From contig JAFGSY010000039.1 of NCBI GenBank assembly GCA_016934315.1, positions 24,454 through 88,453 on the forward strand: a DNA stretch of 64,000 nt. The letters are read 5' to 3'. The notes under the pieces are model-generated. The model was not told where the DNA came from. It worked only from the letters and a program-made list of their open reading frames with translations, and did no database searches. A program made the position numbers and the translations under genes. Shown piece after piece: positions 37,945 through 50,300 of the stretch (the first letter of the stretch is position 1; each line of letters opens with the position of its first letter). This DNA comes from Candidatus Anaeroferrophillus wilburensis. Lineage in GTDB: Bacteria > Desulfobacterota > Anaeroferrophillalia > Anaeroferrophillales > Anaeroferrophillaceae.

Positions 37945-38880
37945 ATGGAAAAGAAGATTTTCCCCCATAAGGATCTCCTGGCTATTGAAGGGATGACCGC
38001 CCAGGAATTGATGACGATTTTGGAAACAGCGGAATCGTTCAAAGAGATATCTCGCCGACCGATCAAAAAAGTGCCGACTTTGCGAGGACAGACGGTCATC
38101 AACCTGTTTTATGAACCCAGTACCCGTACCCGTACCTCATTTGAAATTGCCGCCAAACGGCTCAGTGCTGACGCCGTCAATATTTCTGCTTCCACCAGCA
38201 GCGTTGTCAAGGGCGAGACCTTGTCGGATACGGTCAAAAATCTGCAGGCTATGGTTCCTGATATCATTGTCGTCAGGCATTCCTGTGTGGGGGCACCACA
38301 TTTTATTGCCAGTCGGGTAGGAGCCAGCGTGGTGAATGCCGGTGACGGCGCAAACGAACATCCGACTCAGGCACTTCTTGATCTGTTGACCATCAAAGAG
38401 CATAAAAAAACGTTTGCGGATCTACAGGTGGCGATTATCGGCGATATCGTTCACAGTCGGGTGGCCCGTTCCAACATGCGTGCCTTTGCTCTTCTGGGGA
38501 TACATACCCGGTTGTGTGGTCCACCGACGATGATGCCCCGGGTGATGGCCGGTTTTCCTGGGGTCAGGGTGTATAGCCGTCCCGAGGAAGCCATCGATGG
38601 AGCTGATGTGGTTATGATGCTGCGCATTCAGCTGGAGCGTCAGGAGGAAAGCCTGTTCCCTTCGGGAAATGAATATGCCAGGCTCTACGGTCTGAACCGG
38701 CAGCGTCTTGCTTATGCTAAGGACGATGTTATTATCATGCATCCGGGACCAATGAACCGTGGGGTGGAAATCACCTCGGAAATCGCCGATGGCAGCCGTT
38801 CGGTTATTCTTGATCAGGTGGAAAACGGTGTGGCGGTTCGGATGGCTGTTTTATACCTTTTAGGAGGGCATACAGAATGA
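37945..38880 (+). CDS. pyrB: Aspartate carbamoyltransferase catalytic subunit.
   Basis: Motifs [18 protein letters not shown] and HPGP. 311 aa. Confidence 0.92.
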   Translation: MEKKIFPHKDLLAIEGMTAQELMTILETAESFKEISRRPIKKVPTLRGQTVINLFYEPSTRTRTSFEIAAKRLSADAVNISASTSSVVKGETLSDTVKNLQAMVPDIIVVRHSCVGAPHFIASRVGASVVNAGDGANEHPTQALLDLLTIKEHKKTFADLQVAIIGDIVHSRVARSNMRAFALLGIHTRLCGPPTMMPRVMAGFPGVRVYSRPEEAIDGADVVMMLRIQLERQEESLFPSGNEYARLYGLNRQRLAYAKDDVIIMHPGPMNRGVEITSEIADGSRSVILDQVENGVAVRMAVLYLLGGHTE

Positions 38881-40220
38881 ATCGGCTGCTGCTGAAAGGG
38901 GGACGAGTCATTGATCCGTTGAATTCGCGTGATGAGAAGCTGGATCTTCTCATCGCCGCCGGCACCATTGTTGACGTTGGTAATAATTTGCAGTTGGCTC
39001 CTGAGGCTGGCCATACAATTGAGCTGGACAACCGATGGGTTATGCCGGGTGCGATTGACATGCATACCCACTTGCGGGAGCCGGGACAGGAATATAAGGA
39101 AACCATAGTCAGCGGTGCACAGGCGGCAGCCGCCGGTGGATTTACCGGCATAGCTTGCATGGCCAATACCCGACCGGTGAATGATTGTGCAGCCGTCACC
39201 CGTTTTATCTGTGAACAGGCCCGTGAAGCTGTTGTCAATGTCTATCCCATCGGCTCCGTCACCGTAGGCATGCAGGGGCGCCAGATGGTGGAAATGGCGG
39301 AAATGGCAGCCGCCGGAGTGGTTGCTTTTTCTGAAGATGGGAAGACGGTCGAAAATTCACGTTTGTATCGCCATGCCATGGAGTATGCCGGCAGCCTGGG
39401 GAAAATAATCATTTGTCACTGTCAGGACAGCTTCCTTTTCGGCAGCGGAGTGGTCCATGAAGGGGAGATTTCCGCCCTCTACGGACTGCCGGCCATACCT
39501 TCGCTGGCGGAGGAGATTGACACCGCTCGCTGCATCATGTTGGCTGAGTACCTTCAACTGCCGGTTCATATTGCCCATGTCAGTACCCGGGGTTCGGTGC
39601 GTCTGATTGCCGAGGCCAAGGAACGGGGGGTGAAGGTGACCGCGGAGGTGACCCCGCACCATTTTACGCTTGATCATCGGGCGGTGGTTGACCTCTACTA
39701 TCGTCAGGATGTAGTTTATGGCCAGAGGCGGCAGTCTGCCAGGTTTAATCCCCTCACTAAAATGAGTCCACCCTTGAGGGAACCGGATGACGTAACGGCG
39801 ATGGGACAGGCACTGGCGACCGGTGTTATTGATGTGATTGCCTCCGATCATGCGCCCCATGAAGCGACCGAGAAGGATGTTGAATATCAGCTGGCGCCAT
39901 TCGGGGTGATCGGTCTTGAAACAACCCTGCCCCTTACATTGCGTCTGGTTGAGAATGGCTTGTTCAGCCCCTCGGTCATGGTTGAACGCTTGAGTGTGGC
40001 GCCGGCAAGGATTCTTGGTCTGGAGCAAAAGGGAGGTCTGGGGATCGGTATGGATGCCGATATTACTGTTATTGACCCAACGATTTCATGGACCATCGAC
40101 GCAGAGCACTTTGCTTCAAAAAGTCGCAATACGCCTTTCAACGGCTGGCAGGTCCGCGGCAAGGCCGTGCTGACCATCGTTGGCGGGACCGTAGTCTATC
40201 AGGATGATCAATTCAGGTAA
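38877..40220 (+). CDS. pyrC: Dihydroorotase (multifunctional-complex type).
   Basis: Metal-binding motifs [10 protein letters not shown] and IASDHAPH. 4-nt overlap with pyrB. Confidence 0.88.
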   Translation: MNRLLLKGGRVIDPLNSRDEKLDLLIAAGTIVDVGNNLQLAPEAGHTIELDNRWVMPGAIDMHTHLREPGQEYKETIVSGAQAAAAGGFTGIACMANTRPVNDCAAVTRFICEQAREAVVNVYPIGSVTVGMQGRQMVEMAEMAAAGVVAFSEDGKTVENSRLYRHAMEYAGSLGKIIICHCQDSFLFGSGVVHEGEISALYGLPAIPSLAEEIDTARCIMLAEYLQLPVHIAHVSTRGSVRLIAEAKERGVKVTAEVTPHHFTLDHRAVVDLYYRQDVVYGQRRQSARFNPLTKMSPPLREPDDVTAMGQALATGVIDVIASDHAPHEATEKDVEYQLAPFGVIGLETTLPLTLRLVENGLFSPSVMVERLSVAPARILGLEQKGGLGIGMDADITVIDPTISWTIDAEHFASKSRNTPFNGWQVRGKAVLTIVGGTVVYQDDQFR

Positions 40221-40262
40221 TCGTCATAATTCACCGCAATAAGGTTTGGAGTACAAAGACAC

Positions 40263-41396
40263 ATGGCATTTTCGGCAACCAAGGCAGTCCTTGTATTGGC
40301 TGATGGAACGACATTTTCCGGACGTTCTTTCGGCGCCGCCGGCGAGGCGATCGGCGAAGTTGTTTTTAACACCAGCCTGACGGGATATCAGGAGGTGTTG
40401 ACCGACCCATCATATCGCGGGCAGATGGTAACCATGACCTATCCTCAAATAGGCAACTATGGCGTCAATGCTGAGGATGTTGAGTCGCGAAAACTCTTTC
40501 TATCAGGATTTATCGTCAAGGAATATTGCCGCTATCCCAGCAACTGGCGGCAGAATGCCACCCTTGGCCGCTATCTTGAGCAGGCCGGTGTGGTAGGTAT
40601 TGAGGGAATTGATACCCGCTTCCTGACCCGCCGTATCCGTTTAGCCGGGGCGATGCCGGGGATTATTTCCACCGTCGATGATGATCAGCAGAGTTTGCTG
40701 CGGAAGCTGAGTTCCTGGGCGGGTATTGAAGGAGTCAACTTGGTGGACGGGGCCAGTTGCAGCAGCAAATATGAGTGGCACCAGGGGCAGTGGACCATTG
40801 CCGGCGGTTATCAGCAGTCAAACGAGGCTGCGGCTTTCCATGTGGTTGCTTACGATTTTGGCATCAAATATAATATCCTGCGGCTGCTGGTCAATGCCGG
40901 CTGCAAGGTTACCGTTGTGCCCGCAGACACCTCTGCGCAGGAGGTGCTGGGCCTGAATCCCGATGGCGTTTTTCTTTCCAATGGCCCCGGTGATCCGGCC
41001 GCTTTACCTAATATCGTCCAACAGGTGCAGCAATTAATCCGCCGCAAGCCGATGTTTGGTATCTGTCTTGGGCATCAAATTATCGGGCTGGCCCTTGGCG
41101 GCAGAACCTATAAATTGAAATTCGGCCACCACGGCAGTAATCAGCCGGTAAAGGAGCTGGCTTCTGGAAAAGTTGAAATTACGTCCCAGAACCATGGTTT
41201 TTGCGTTGATACGGAGTCCCTGGGAGATGAGGTGGAAGTTACCCATATCAACCTTAATGATCATACGGTGGAGGGATTGCGTCATCGCCGCTATCCGCTT
41301 TTTTCAGTCCAGTATCATCCCGAAAGCTCCCCCGGCCCCCATGATTCAGCCTATCTGTTCAAGCAGTTTGTTCAGTTGATGGCCGCCAACAAGTAA
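40263..41396 (+). CDS. carA: Carbamoyl-phosphate synthase small (glutaminase) subunit.
   Basis: Class-I glutamine amidotransferase triad region (GICLGHQ...HHGSNQPV...QYHPE) and CarA N-domain. Confidence 0.92.
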   Translation: MAFSATKAVLVLADGTTFSGRSFGAAGEAIGEVVFNTSLTGYQEVLTDPSYRGQMVTMTYPQIGNYGVNAEDVESRKLFLSGFIVKEYCRYPSNWRQNATLGRYLEQAGVVGIEGIDTRFLTRRIRLAGAMPGIISTVDDDQQSLLRKLSSWAGIEGVNLVDGASCSSKYEWHQGQWTIAGGYQQSNEAAAFHVVAYDFGIKYNILRLLVNAGCKVTVVPADTSAQEVLGLNPDGVFLSNGPGDPAALPNIVQQVQQLIRRKPMFGICLGHQIIGLALGGRTYKLKFGHHGSNQPVKELASGKVEITSQNHGFCVDTESLGDEVEVTHINLNDHTVEGLRHRRYPLFSVQYHPESSPGPHDSAYLFKQFVQLMAANK

Positions 41397-41447
41397 TGCT
41401 GCGCCGGTTGTGAGCAGCCTTGTCCAGCATGCGGAAGTGCTTGCTGG

Positions 41448-42167
41448 TCAGGAGGCGGTTTTAAGCTCAAAGGTGCCGTTTTCAAGCAGTAGATAGGAGT
41501 AGTCGGTCAGCCAGTCACCAAGGAAAAAAATCGGGCATTGCCGACCATTGACGGTCGTCCGTTGTTCTAGTGGTTGGTGGTAGTGGGCAATAATGGCAGC
41601 GTCATAGCCAACCTGGAGAATCTTTTGGAGTTTGGCCGTCAGGGTGGCGGGGATGCCATGTGCCTGCCGGCCGCGTTTGCGACTGCCGGCTGAAAGGCGG
41701 CGGGCCAGGCGGCGGGTGACAGAAGGCGGTATGAGATGAATAATCCTGGTGATCAGCTGGCTTTTTAACAGTTTATGCCATTTCAGGTAGAGCCATTGAT
41801 CATCATTGAGTAGATCACCATGGGCCAGGTAGAGTCGCTGTCCGTCGATGGAAAGTGAAAGTTGGCGGGGATTGCTATGGGTCCGCAGATGATTGCAAAA
41901 ATAGGGCCCCAGGTTGATTTCATGGTTTCCCTCTACAAAGTAGAGTCTGATTCCCCGCTCTACCAGTGTTTCTAGGGTTGCCAGGATGGGAACATAGTCT
42001 GCATAGACCACATCATGGTAGCCGAACCAGAAATCAAAGAAATCACCAAGGATGATAAGATTGTCCACATCGTGGGGCAGGTTGCTGAGAAAAGCAACCA
42101 TTTTCCGGTAATTTTTATCGGCTGGGTGCTTTAAATGGGCATCGGCAATAAAAATTGATTTCATCAA
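41448..42167 (-). CDS. lpxH: UDP-2,3-diacylglucosamine pyrophosphatase LpxH-like calcineurin-type metallophosphoesterase.
   Basis: Motifs FIADAHL, GDFFDFW and GNHE. 239 aa. Opposite strand, inserted between carA and carB. Confidence 0.7.
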   Translation of the reverse strand: MMKSIFIADAHLKHPADKNYRKMVAFLSNLPHDVDNLIILGDFFDFWFGYHDVVYADYVPILATLETLVERGIRLYFVEGNHEINLGPYFCNHLRTHSNPRQLSLSIDGQRLYLAHGDLLNDDQWLYLKWHKLLKSQLITRIIHLIPPSVTRRLARRLSAGSRKRGRQAHGIPATLTAKLQKILQVGYDAAIIAHYHQPLEQRTTVNGRQCPIFFLGDWLTDYSYLLLENGTFELKTAS

Positions 42168-42419
42168 ATCCGGTGGCGGGTCATCTGTAGGGTTGCTGAC
42201 GTCCCAGCTTGCTTGGGGCTGTCAGTGATTGGTTTTATAGACTCAGAGTCAAGTTCATGTCAAGCAATCAGTGGCCGATGTGTCTGACTCCTTAGGAAAA
42301 CACCGGTTGGGACCCAGCCGCAGAGTGGTCTACATGATCGGTAAACAGAGAGAAGAGTGCTTTTTGAAACAAGTGGATCAGGAAGCCAAACCATAAGCTA
42401 GAGACATAAGGATAAGAGC

Positions 42420-45400
42420 GTGCCTAAACGTACGGACATTAAAAAAATCATGCTCATTGGTTCAGGGCCAATCGTTATCGGTCAGGCCTGTGAATTTGAT
42501 TATTCCGGGACCCAGGCCTGTAAGGCATTGAAGGAGGAAGGCTTTGAGGTGGTGCTGGTGAACAGTAATCCAGCAACCATTATGACCGATCCGGAGTTTG
42601 CCCATCGTACCTATGTGGAGCCCATAACCACGGCAACGGTTGCCAAAATACTGGCAGCAGAACGTCCCGATGCGCTTCTGCCGACCCTGGGGGGGCAGAC
42701 CGCCCTTAATGTGGGGGTGGAACTGGCCGAAAGCGGGGTGCTAGAAAAATATAATGTTGAGTTGATCGGTGCCAGTCTTGAAGCCATAAAAAAAGCCGAA
42801 GACCGTCAGCTGTTTAAAGAGGCAATGGTGAAAATCGGTCTGGGGCTGCCCATGAGTGGTTATGCCCATTCGATGGCTGATGCCTGGGAAATCATTGCTG
42901 AAGTGGGGTACCCTGCGATTATCAGACCCTCCTTTACCCTTGGTGGGACCGGCGGTAATATTGCCTACAATGTCGCCGACTTTGAACGTTATGTGAAATG
43001 GGGCCTGGAGCTGAGCCCAACCCATGAAATTCTCATCGAAGAATCGATTATCGGCTGGAAAGAATACGAGCTGGAGGTTATGCGTGACCACCAAGATAAT
43101 GTGGTGATTATCTGCTCCATTGAAAATGTTGATGCCATGGGGATCCATACCGGTGACAGCATTACCGTGGCCCCGGCCCAGACGCTTACGGATAAAGAGT
43201 ATCAGATCATGCGTGATGCGGCGATCAGGGTAATCAGGGAGATCGGAGTGGATACCGGCGGATCGAACGTTCAGTTTGCTGTTAATCCGCAGGATGGCCG
43301 GCTGGTGATCATCGAAATGAATCCAAGGGTTTCGAGAAGTTCCGCCCTGGCTTCCAAGGCAACCGGTTTTCCCATTGCCAAAATTGCCGCCAAACTGGCA
43401 GTGGGATATACCCTTGATGAAATTCCCAATGATATTACCAGGGAAACGCCAGCCTCTTTTGAACCGACGATTGATTATGTGGTGACCAAGATCCCCCGGT
43501 TTACCTTTGAGAAGTTTCCCCAAGCTGACGCGACGCTTACCGTACAGATGAAATCAGTGGGTGAAGTCATGGCCATCGGGAGAACCTTCAAGGAATCTCT
43601 CCAGAAAGCTATGCGTTCCCTGGAAATTGACTCTTGTGGTTTTGATGAGCAGTTGCCTGCCCAGGCCTACGATGCTGCTGATGAGCACATTATCGATCTG
43701 GTGGAGGAGAAACTGAGGATTCCGGGGCCGGATCGCCTCTGGTATATTGGTGATGCCCTGCGGCTCGATTTTTCCCTTGAACGGGTTGCGGTCTTGACCG
43801 GTATCGATCCCTGGTTTATCTATCACATCAAGGAAATTATCGATTTTGAAAAAGAGCTGTTGCATACCACCGCCATACCTCTTGATGCCGATACCCTGCA
43901 ACGGGCTAAAGAGATGGGGTTTGCCGACGGGCGGCTTGCGGCGCTGCTCCGGGTCCGGGAAGAAGATATTTTCAAGCTGCGCAACCGGTATGGGATTATG
44001 CCGGTTTACAAACGGGTCGATACCTGCGCGGCGGAATTTGAGGCCCATACGCCCTATCTTTACTCAACCTATGAGTGTGAAGATGAGGCCTTGCCCACCG
44101 ACAGGCGGAAAGTTATTATCCTTGGTGGAGGACCGAACCGCATCGGTCAGGGAATTGAGTTTGATTATTGTTGCGTGCACTGTTCTTTTGCTCTTGCGCT
44201 TGAAGACTATGAGACCATTATGGTCAACTGCAATCCGGAAACTGTCAGTACCGATTATGATACCTCTGACCGGCTTTATTTTGAGCCCCTTACCCACGAG
44301 GATGTTCTGCAGATTGTCAAAATCGAGCAACCAGTAGGCGTTATTGTCCAGTTCGGTGGCCAGACGCCGCTCAAACTGGCCGGTTCCCTGGAACAGGCCG
44401 GCGTACCGATTCTCGGGACTTCACCGGACAGCATTGACCGGGCTGAGGACCGGCAGCGGTTCAAGGAGCTGCTGGAACTCCTCAACCTGCGACAGCCGGA
44501 AAATGGCACCGCTGTCTCGGTTGACGGGGCAATAAAAATTGCCACGGGAATCGGCTATCCGGTGCTGGTCCGTCCCTCCTATGTCCTTGGCGGCCGAGGG
44601 ATGGAAATTGTTTATGATCAGACAAACCTTGAGCGTTATATGAAGGAGGCGGTGAAGGTTTCCTTCGATCATCCGGTGTTGATTGACAGATTCCTTGACG
44701 ATGCAGTGGAGGTTGATGTTGATGCCGTCTGTGATGGGGAACAGGTCATCATTGGTGGTATTATGGAGCATATTGAGCGGGCCGGGGTTCATTCGGGTGA
44801 TTCGGCCTGTTCTTTGCCGCCGTACACCCTTGCAGATGATATTATACAGGAAATTGCCCGTCAAACGCGCGCTATGGCGCTGGAGCTGCAGGTCAGGGGC
44901 TTGATGAATGTCCAGTTTGCCGTCCAGGGTGACCAGATATATATCATTGAAGTCAATCCACGGGCTTCTCGGACCGTCCCTTTTGTTAGCAAGGCGGTGG
45001 GCCTGCCGTTGGCTGATCTGGCTGCCAGGATCATGGTGGGCAGGACTTTGGCTGAAATGAAGGTGGTGGAGCGGCTGAGGCCACCGTGGGTGTCGGTGAA
45101 AGAGGCGGTATTTCCCTTTCTGAAATTTCCCGGGGTTGATACCATGCTGGGTCCGGAGATGAAGTCCACCGGTGAGGTGATGGGTATCGATGAGCACTTT
45201 GCCGCAGCATTTGCCAAGGCCCAGGATGCCGCCGGGGCCCCGTTGCCGTTGACCGGCTGCGCTTTTGTCAGTGTCCATCAAAAACCGGGTATTGAAAAAG
45301 TGGTTCGGGATCTTCTTGAATGCGGTTATATAATCAGGGCAACAGCAGGGACATCAGCCTATCTCGATGACCATGGCCTTGCCAATATCCGGATCAATAA

Positions 45401-45638
45401 AAAGAAAGAAGGCCGGCCAAACGTGGTTGATTCACTGGTTAATGGCGAGATAGATCTGGTTATTAATACTCCCGGGGACAGCCGGTCCCGGGAAGATTCA
45501 TTATATATCCGCAGGACTGCCCTTGACCGTGGTGTTGCATATTTCACCACTCTGTCCGGCGCTACAGCCGCTGCCCAGGCGATTAAGGCAATCCGCACTG
45601 GTGGCTTGTCCATTAAAGCTCTTCAGGACTATCGTTAA
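42420..45638 (+). CDS. carB: Carbamoyl-phosphate synthase large subunit.
   Basis: 1072 aa with duplicated ATP-grasp halves, oligomerisation and MGS-like C-terminal domains. Confidence 0.95.
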   Translation: MPKRTDIKKIMLIGSGPIVIGQACEFDYSGTQACKALKEEGFEVVLVNSNPATIMTDPEFAHRTYVEPITTATVAKILAAERPDALLPTLGGQTALNVGVELAESGVLEKYNVELIGASLEAIKKAEDRQLFKEAMVKIGLGLPMSGYAHSMADAWEIIAEVGYPAIIRPSFTLGGTGGNIAYNVADFERYVKWGLELSPTHEILIEESIIGWKEYELEVMRDHQDNVVIICSIENVDAMGIHTGDSITVAPAQTLTDKEYQIMRDAAIRVIREIGVDTGGSNVQFAVNPQDGRLVIIEMNPRVSRSSALASKATGFPIAKIAAKLAVGYTLDEIPNDITRETPASFEPTIDYVVTKIPRFTFEKFPQADATLTVQMKSVGEVMAIGRTFKESLQKAMRSLEIDSCGFDEQLPAQAYDAADEHIIDLVEEKLRIPGPDRLWYIGDALRLDFSLERVAVLTGIDPWFIYHIKEIIDFEKELLHTTAIPLDADTLQRAKEMGFADGRLAALLRVREEDIFKLRNRYGIMPVYKRVDTCAAEFEAHTPYLYSTYECEDEALPTDRRKVIILGGGPNRIGQGIEFDYCCVHCSFALALEDYETIMVNCNPETVSTDYDTSDRLYFEPLTHEDVLQIVKIEQPVGVIVQFGGQTPLKLAGSLEQAGVPILGTSPDSIDRAEDRQRFKELLELLNLRQPENGTAVSVDGAIKIATGIGYPVLVRPSYVLGGRGMEIVYDQTNLERYMKEAVKVSFDHPVLIDRFLDDAVEVDVDAVCDGEQVIIGGIMEHIERAGVHSGDSACSLPPYTLADDIIQEIARQTRAMALELQVRGLMNVQFAVQGDQIYIIEVNPRASRTVPFVSKAVGLPLADLAARIMVGRTLAEMKVVERLRPPWVSVKEAVFPFLKFPGVDTMLGPEMKSTGEVMGIDEHFAAAFAKAQDAAGAPLPLTGCAFVSVHQKPGIEKVVRDLLECGYIIRATAGTSAYLDDHGLANIRINKKKEGRPNVVDSLVNGEIDLVINTPGDSRSREDSLYIRRTALDRGVAYFTTLSGATAAAQAIKAIRTGGLSIKALQDYR

Positions 45639-45847
45639 TGATCTACTCATTCAGCAGGCATGCTTAGTTTATGGCTCGTTTACCATTATGTTCGCTGGCT
45701 GTTTCTATTCTGCGCCACTAAGCGGCATCGTCTATCACCATCGGGGTGGATTGCCGTGGGGAGGTGCTGGAAAGTTAAATGGTGCCAGCGGCTTAATTTA
45801 TGTGCTGCCCTATGGCGGCATCCCCCTATGATCTGGAGAAACATTGT

Positions 45848-46333
45848 ATGACCACGTTTGATGCAGTACCCATGACCGCGGCAGGTTTTAAAAAGGTGAA
45901 AGATGAACTGCGTCGGCTCAAAACCGTTGCCCGTCCTGAAGTTATAAGGGACATCGAGGAGGCAAGGGCGCATGGCGATTTAAGCGAAAATGCCGAATAT
46001 GAGGCAGCCAAGGAAAAACAGGCTTTTATTGAAGGTCGCATTAATATGCTTGATGACCGCTTAAGTCGTGCGGAAGTTATAGATGCTGCCAAGATCGCCG
46101 GTACGGATCGGGTGGTTTTCGGGGTGACTGTAACTCTTTCCGATGAAGAAACCGGTGATGAAATGTCCTACCAGATTGTTGGTGAGGATGAGGCGGATAT
46201 TGATCAGGGGAAAATATCAATTTCCGCCCCCATCGCCCGGGCGCTGATCGGCAAAAAACTTGATGAGGAGGTTTTGGTTAAAACGCCGGGCGGCCTTAAA
46301 ACCTTTGTGCTTATGGACATTAACGTAAAGTAG
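45848..46333 (+). CDS. greA: Transcription elongation factor GreA.
   Basis: Coiled-coil N-domain with the acidic tip (DLSENAEYEAAKE) and FKBP-like C-domain. Start at ATG 45848 (MTTFDAVPMT). The track ORF from 45800 adds an unsupported extension. Confidence 0.9.
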   Translation: MTTFDAVPMTAAGFKKVKDELRRLKTVARPEVIRDIEEARAHGDLSENAEYEAAKEKQAFIEGRINMLDDRLSRAEVIDAAKIAGTDRVVFGVTVTLSDEETGDEMSYQIVGEDEADIDQGKISISAPIARALIGKKLDEEVLVKTPGGLKTFVLMDINVK

Positions 46334-46342
46334 ATTCTTGTC

Positions 46343-47089
46343 GTGCAATCGCAGGTACGTACACTTAAACTGGTCATTGCTTATGATGGCAGCCGTTATC
46401 ATGGTTGGCAGATTCAGCCCAACGGGATAACAATCCAAGAGGAGCTGCAACATGCCCTGGCCGCGATGACGGGCGAAAATCTGACTGTTTTTGGCTCTGG
46501 GCGGACTGATGCCGGGGTGCATGCCTGGGGGCAGGTTGCCCATGTTGCCACAACCACATCCATTCCTGAACAGGGGTTGTGGCGTGGTCTGAATGCCCTT
46601 CTTCCTGACGATATCGTCATTCGCTCCCTTTCGTCGGTGTCCGCCGGCTTCCACGCCCGTAAATCAGCGACCGGGAAAACCTATTGCTACTGCATTGATA
46701 ACCAGCCGCTGGCCAATCCCTTGAGCCGCTTCTATTCTTGGCATGTGAGAAAAACACTCGATATGGCCGCGATCCGCCAGGCAACCAGGCAGCTGCTGGG
46801 AACCCATGATTTCGCATCCTTCAAAGCTGCCGATGGTGAAACAGCTACCTCCGTCCGCACGATCAGCAGGGCAAGGGTCTGGCGCCGGAGTTCCTATCTC
46901 CTGATTATGATTCATGCCAATGGTTTCCTGAAAAATATGGTGCGCAACATCGTTGGTACCCTCTACGAAATAGGCCTGGGAAAACGAGGCGCCGAAGAGA
47001 TGGCTGCCATTGTTGCCGCTGTCGACCGGCGCTCTGCCGGAATTACTGCTCCGGCCAAAGGCCTGGTGCTGCGCTCCGTTTCCTACTAG
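46343..47089 (+). CDS. truA: tRNA pseudouridine(38-40) synthase.
   Basis: Motifs IAYDGSRYHGWQ and catalytic GSGRTDAGVHA. 248 aa. Confidence 0.9.
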   Translation: MQSQVRTLKLVIAYDGSRYHGWQIQPNGITIQEELQHALAAMTGENLTVFGSGRTDAGVHAWGQVAHVATTTSIPEQGLWRGLNALLPDDIVIRSLSSVSAGFHARKSATGKTYCYCIDNQPLANPLSRFYSWHVRKTLDMAAIRQATRQLLGTHDFASFKAADGETATSVRTISRARVWRRSSYLLIMIHANGFLKNMVRNIVGTLYEIGLGKRGAEEMAAIVAAVDRRSAGITAPAKGLVLRSVSY

Positions 47090-47305
47090 TACCATGGTGA
47101 TTACTGCTTTTCTCCCTCCTTTTATTTCTTTCTGTACCAAGCCCAGCTAAAACCATGATCTATTTAGACAATATTATATTGTATCCAAGTGCTTAATGGT
47201 GGATTTTTGTTGATAATGGTGCTATATGCGTTTGCTCTATGAACGCCTGTAAAGGTTGGTTAATGTTTACATTATACAGAATAATCATGTTGCTTATGGT
47301 GGAGG

Positions 47306-50300
47306 ATGAACGTGGTTCTAAAGAGGAGAGTTAAAAATTTCAGTGAGGATTTTGACCATCAGTTTAATGGTGCCCGGCTGTTTGATGCTGAAAAGTTTAT
47401 CGATGATATTATTGCTGCCGGAGGTCCGGAAACCTATGCCAAAATGCAGGAAAGGCATGACTTTATCGGTGATGGCAATGCGGTTGTTGTTGAAGTGCTC
47501 AAACGCATTGTTACCGGCCTGGTCGGCTATCCCATAACCCCTTCGACTCCTATTGCCGAAGGCATGGCAAAGGCTTATGCCGATGGCTTCAGCAATGTGT
47601 TTGGTGAAAAAATTTTTTATTTCCAGCCCGAAAGTGAATTGGGTGCGATGGCCTTCCTGGAGGGTGCCGCCTCCCAGGGCGGCCGCTTTGCCGACAACAC
47701 CTCATCTCAGGGCCTAACCTATAAAATCAAGAACATGTACTCGGTTGCCGGCAAAAGGCTGCCGGTTTTAATGACCGTGCAGACCAGGGAACTCAACAAG
47801 GGCAGCCTCAGCATTCATAATGGTCATGGAGATCTCTATGCGGCCCGGGGTGCCGGCTGGATTCAGTTGATGAGCTGCAACAATCAGGAGCTTCATCATT
47901 TGGTTCCTCTGACCTTTAAAGCCATAGAACAGCGCCAGGTCATGCTGCCGGCCATCGTCGCCGGTGAAGGTTTTCTTAAGAGCCATTCCATCGAGAACAT
48001 CAAAACGGTCTCTGACGAATTTCTGAAACATTATCTTGGTGAGCCCAACCGCTTCTATCAACCGGATTTTGACCATCCGGTACTGATGGGCACGTTTACG
48101 GACATCGGTGTTACCATGCCGGTCCAGATGAAACAGGATCAGGCATTGCTTAACAGCAAAAAGTATATCCAGGCGGCCATGAATATCATGAATGTCATAC
48201 TTGGCACTGACCTGCAGGTTGTAGAACGGTATCATGCGGATACGGCCGAGTATGTGGTGGTCTGTATGGGGTCCGTCGCAGAAACCATGAAGGAGGCAAT
48301 CGACTACTATCGCAGCAAGGGGATTGCCGTCGGTCTCGTTCGGCCGGTACTTTTCTATCCTGTCTGCAGTGAAGAGATTGCCGCCGGGGTGCAGAATGCC
48401 CGGGTGATCAGCGTTTTGGAAAAGGTTGCCGAGGGTAATGAACAGTACCTGCTCAAAGATGTCAAAGAGGCGGTGTATCTTTTGAATGACCGGCAGGACT
48501 GCCACTGCCATCCCCGGATTACTGCCGGCACCTATGGTCTTGGCAATCAGGATATCAGCCTGGATGACTGCTGTGCAGTTATTGAAAATATGCTCAGTGA
48601 TCACCCACAGACAAAGTTTAAATGTGGCATTCGCGGTCCCCAGACCCTGGCGCCGGTAGTGAAAGAGGATCTGGTGGAAAAAGAGGTTGGCGTCACCTTT
48701 ATCGGCATCGGTGCCGAAGGGGTGAAAACGGCACAGGAGACCCTGGCTAAAATCATTGCCAAAAGCGGCAAGTATGTGCAGACCAGCGCCAAATACGGCG
48801 CCTCACGAAAAGGCGGCATGGTGGTGATGAATGCCCGGGTTTCGGACAGCCATATCCGCAACTGCTCCAATGTCACCAAGGTTGAAACCCTGTCCATTTT
48901 TAATGATAAATATCTCCAGGACAACTGCCTACTGCATTTTATCCTCGGGATTAAGAAGGGCGGCCATCTGATCATCAACACGGTAAAAGATTTTGATGAA
49001 CTGTTGGCGAAAACAACCCCGGAGATTCAACAAAGCCTTGAAAAAGCCTCTTTCAATGTGGTGTTGCTGGATGCCACCAGTGCGGCGCTGGAGAAGTTGA
49101 AGCGCAACCTGCCGGGTACGCCGATTTTGGGGGTCATTAATAAAATCACCGGTCTGCTGCCGGAAAAGCAGTTTAAGGAGGCCTTTAAGGCTGAGTTGAG
49201 CGCCAAATTTGGTACCAAAAAACCGGAGATGATCGATGTCAACCTGGAACTTCTGGATGTTGCCTATAGCATCAGAAGCAGGACCGACAGCGGCCTGCCC
49301 AATGCCGGCGCAAGCAAGAAAAAAGTTGCCGCCAAGGAGGTTGGGGTTAAAGACCTGCCGGGCTTTTTTACGCCGCATGTGGCTGGCTACACGGAGGATG
49401 ATGAGTATGCCACACCGATTTTTCCGGCGGTCTATGGTGCCCGCTACCATGAAAAGTTTATTGCCGATGTCCTGCGTCCCCTTCAGCAGGGTGAAGACAT
49501 CCCCTGGGATCGCTTTCACAATATTGTGCCGGCAAGGACTTCGGAATATCACAATGCCAGCCTGATTGGTACCGCCCTGCCCGTCTATGAAGCGGGGCAA
49601 TGTGTTACCTGCGGCATGTGTGTCACCAGTTGTCCGGATTATGCCCTGCGGGTTACGGTTATTTATGATGATGATTATAATGCATTGCCCGCCGCCAGCC
49701 AGCGGCTGTTCAAGTCGGTTAACCTGAATCGTTTCACCGGTTATGGGGATGCCTCCTTCAAAGATAGTTATCTTAATATCAATGTGGTGCCATCCTATTG
49801 CAAAGGCTGTGGCGCTTGTGTCGCCGTTTGTAAAGCCGGTGCTTTAAAGATGATTGATAAGGCACTTATAACGCCTGATGCACAGAAACAGTTTCTCGAT
49901 GAAGGGATTTATGACCTAGATCAGAGTGCGAAGGTTCTTCCCTATGTCAAAGAGAGCAAGCCTCTCCAGCAGCTCATGCTTGGTTATTCCGGTCAGAAAT
50001 TCCTTCCCGGAGGCCACAGCTTATGTCCGGGATGCGGTGAAGGGGTGATTGAAAATCTGGTTTTTACGGCGGCGGAGATGGTCCGCAAAAAACCAAAAAT
50101 TATTGAAGAGACCTATCAGTCAATTCCTGAACTGATGAAGAAGCACCATGGCAAGGGGCTGCAGCATATGGTTGACCACGGTTTTCATCTCTATACCATC
50201 AATGCCACCGGCTGTGCTCAAGTGTCCTGCTTGGGCAATCCCTACAATGCGAGAATTTACCAGTCGGGCCATTATGGTTTTGGTACCGCCAGTGCGGCGG

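Noticed and set aside
42240-42380. PyrR-binding-loop-like sequences (AGACUCAGAGUC, AACAGAGAGAAG) in the lpxH/carB divergent spacer.
   Set aside because: Several mismatches to the ARUCCAGAGAGGCU consensus and no obvious terminator/antiterminator alternative structures. PyrR attenuation is not expected with this architecture.
47205-47240. Sigma-54-like -24/-12 element (TGGTGC...TTTGC) in the AT-rich leader of the PFOR-like gene.
   Set aside because: Spacing between the GG and GC dinucleotides does not fit the TGGCAC-N5-TTGC consensus.
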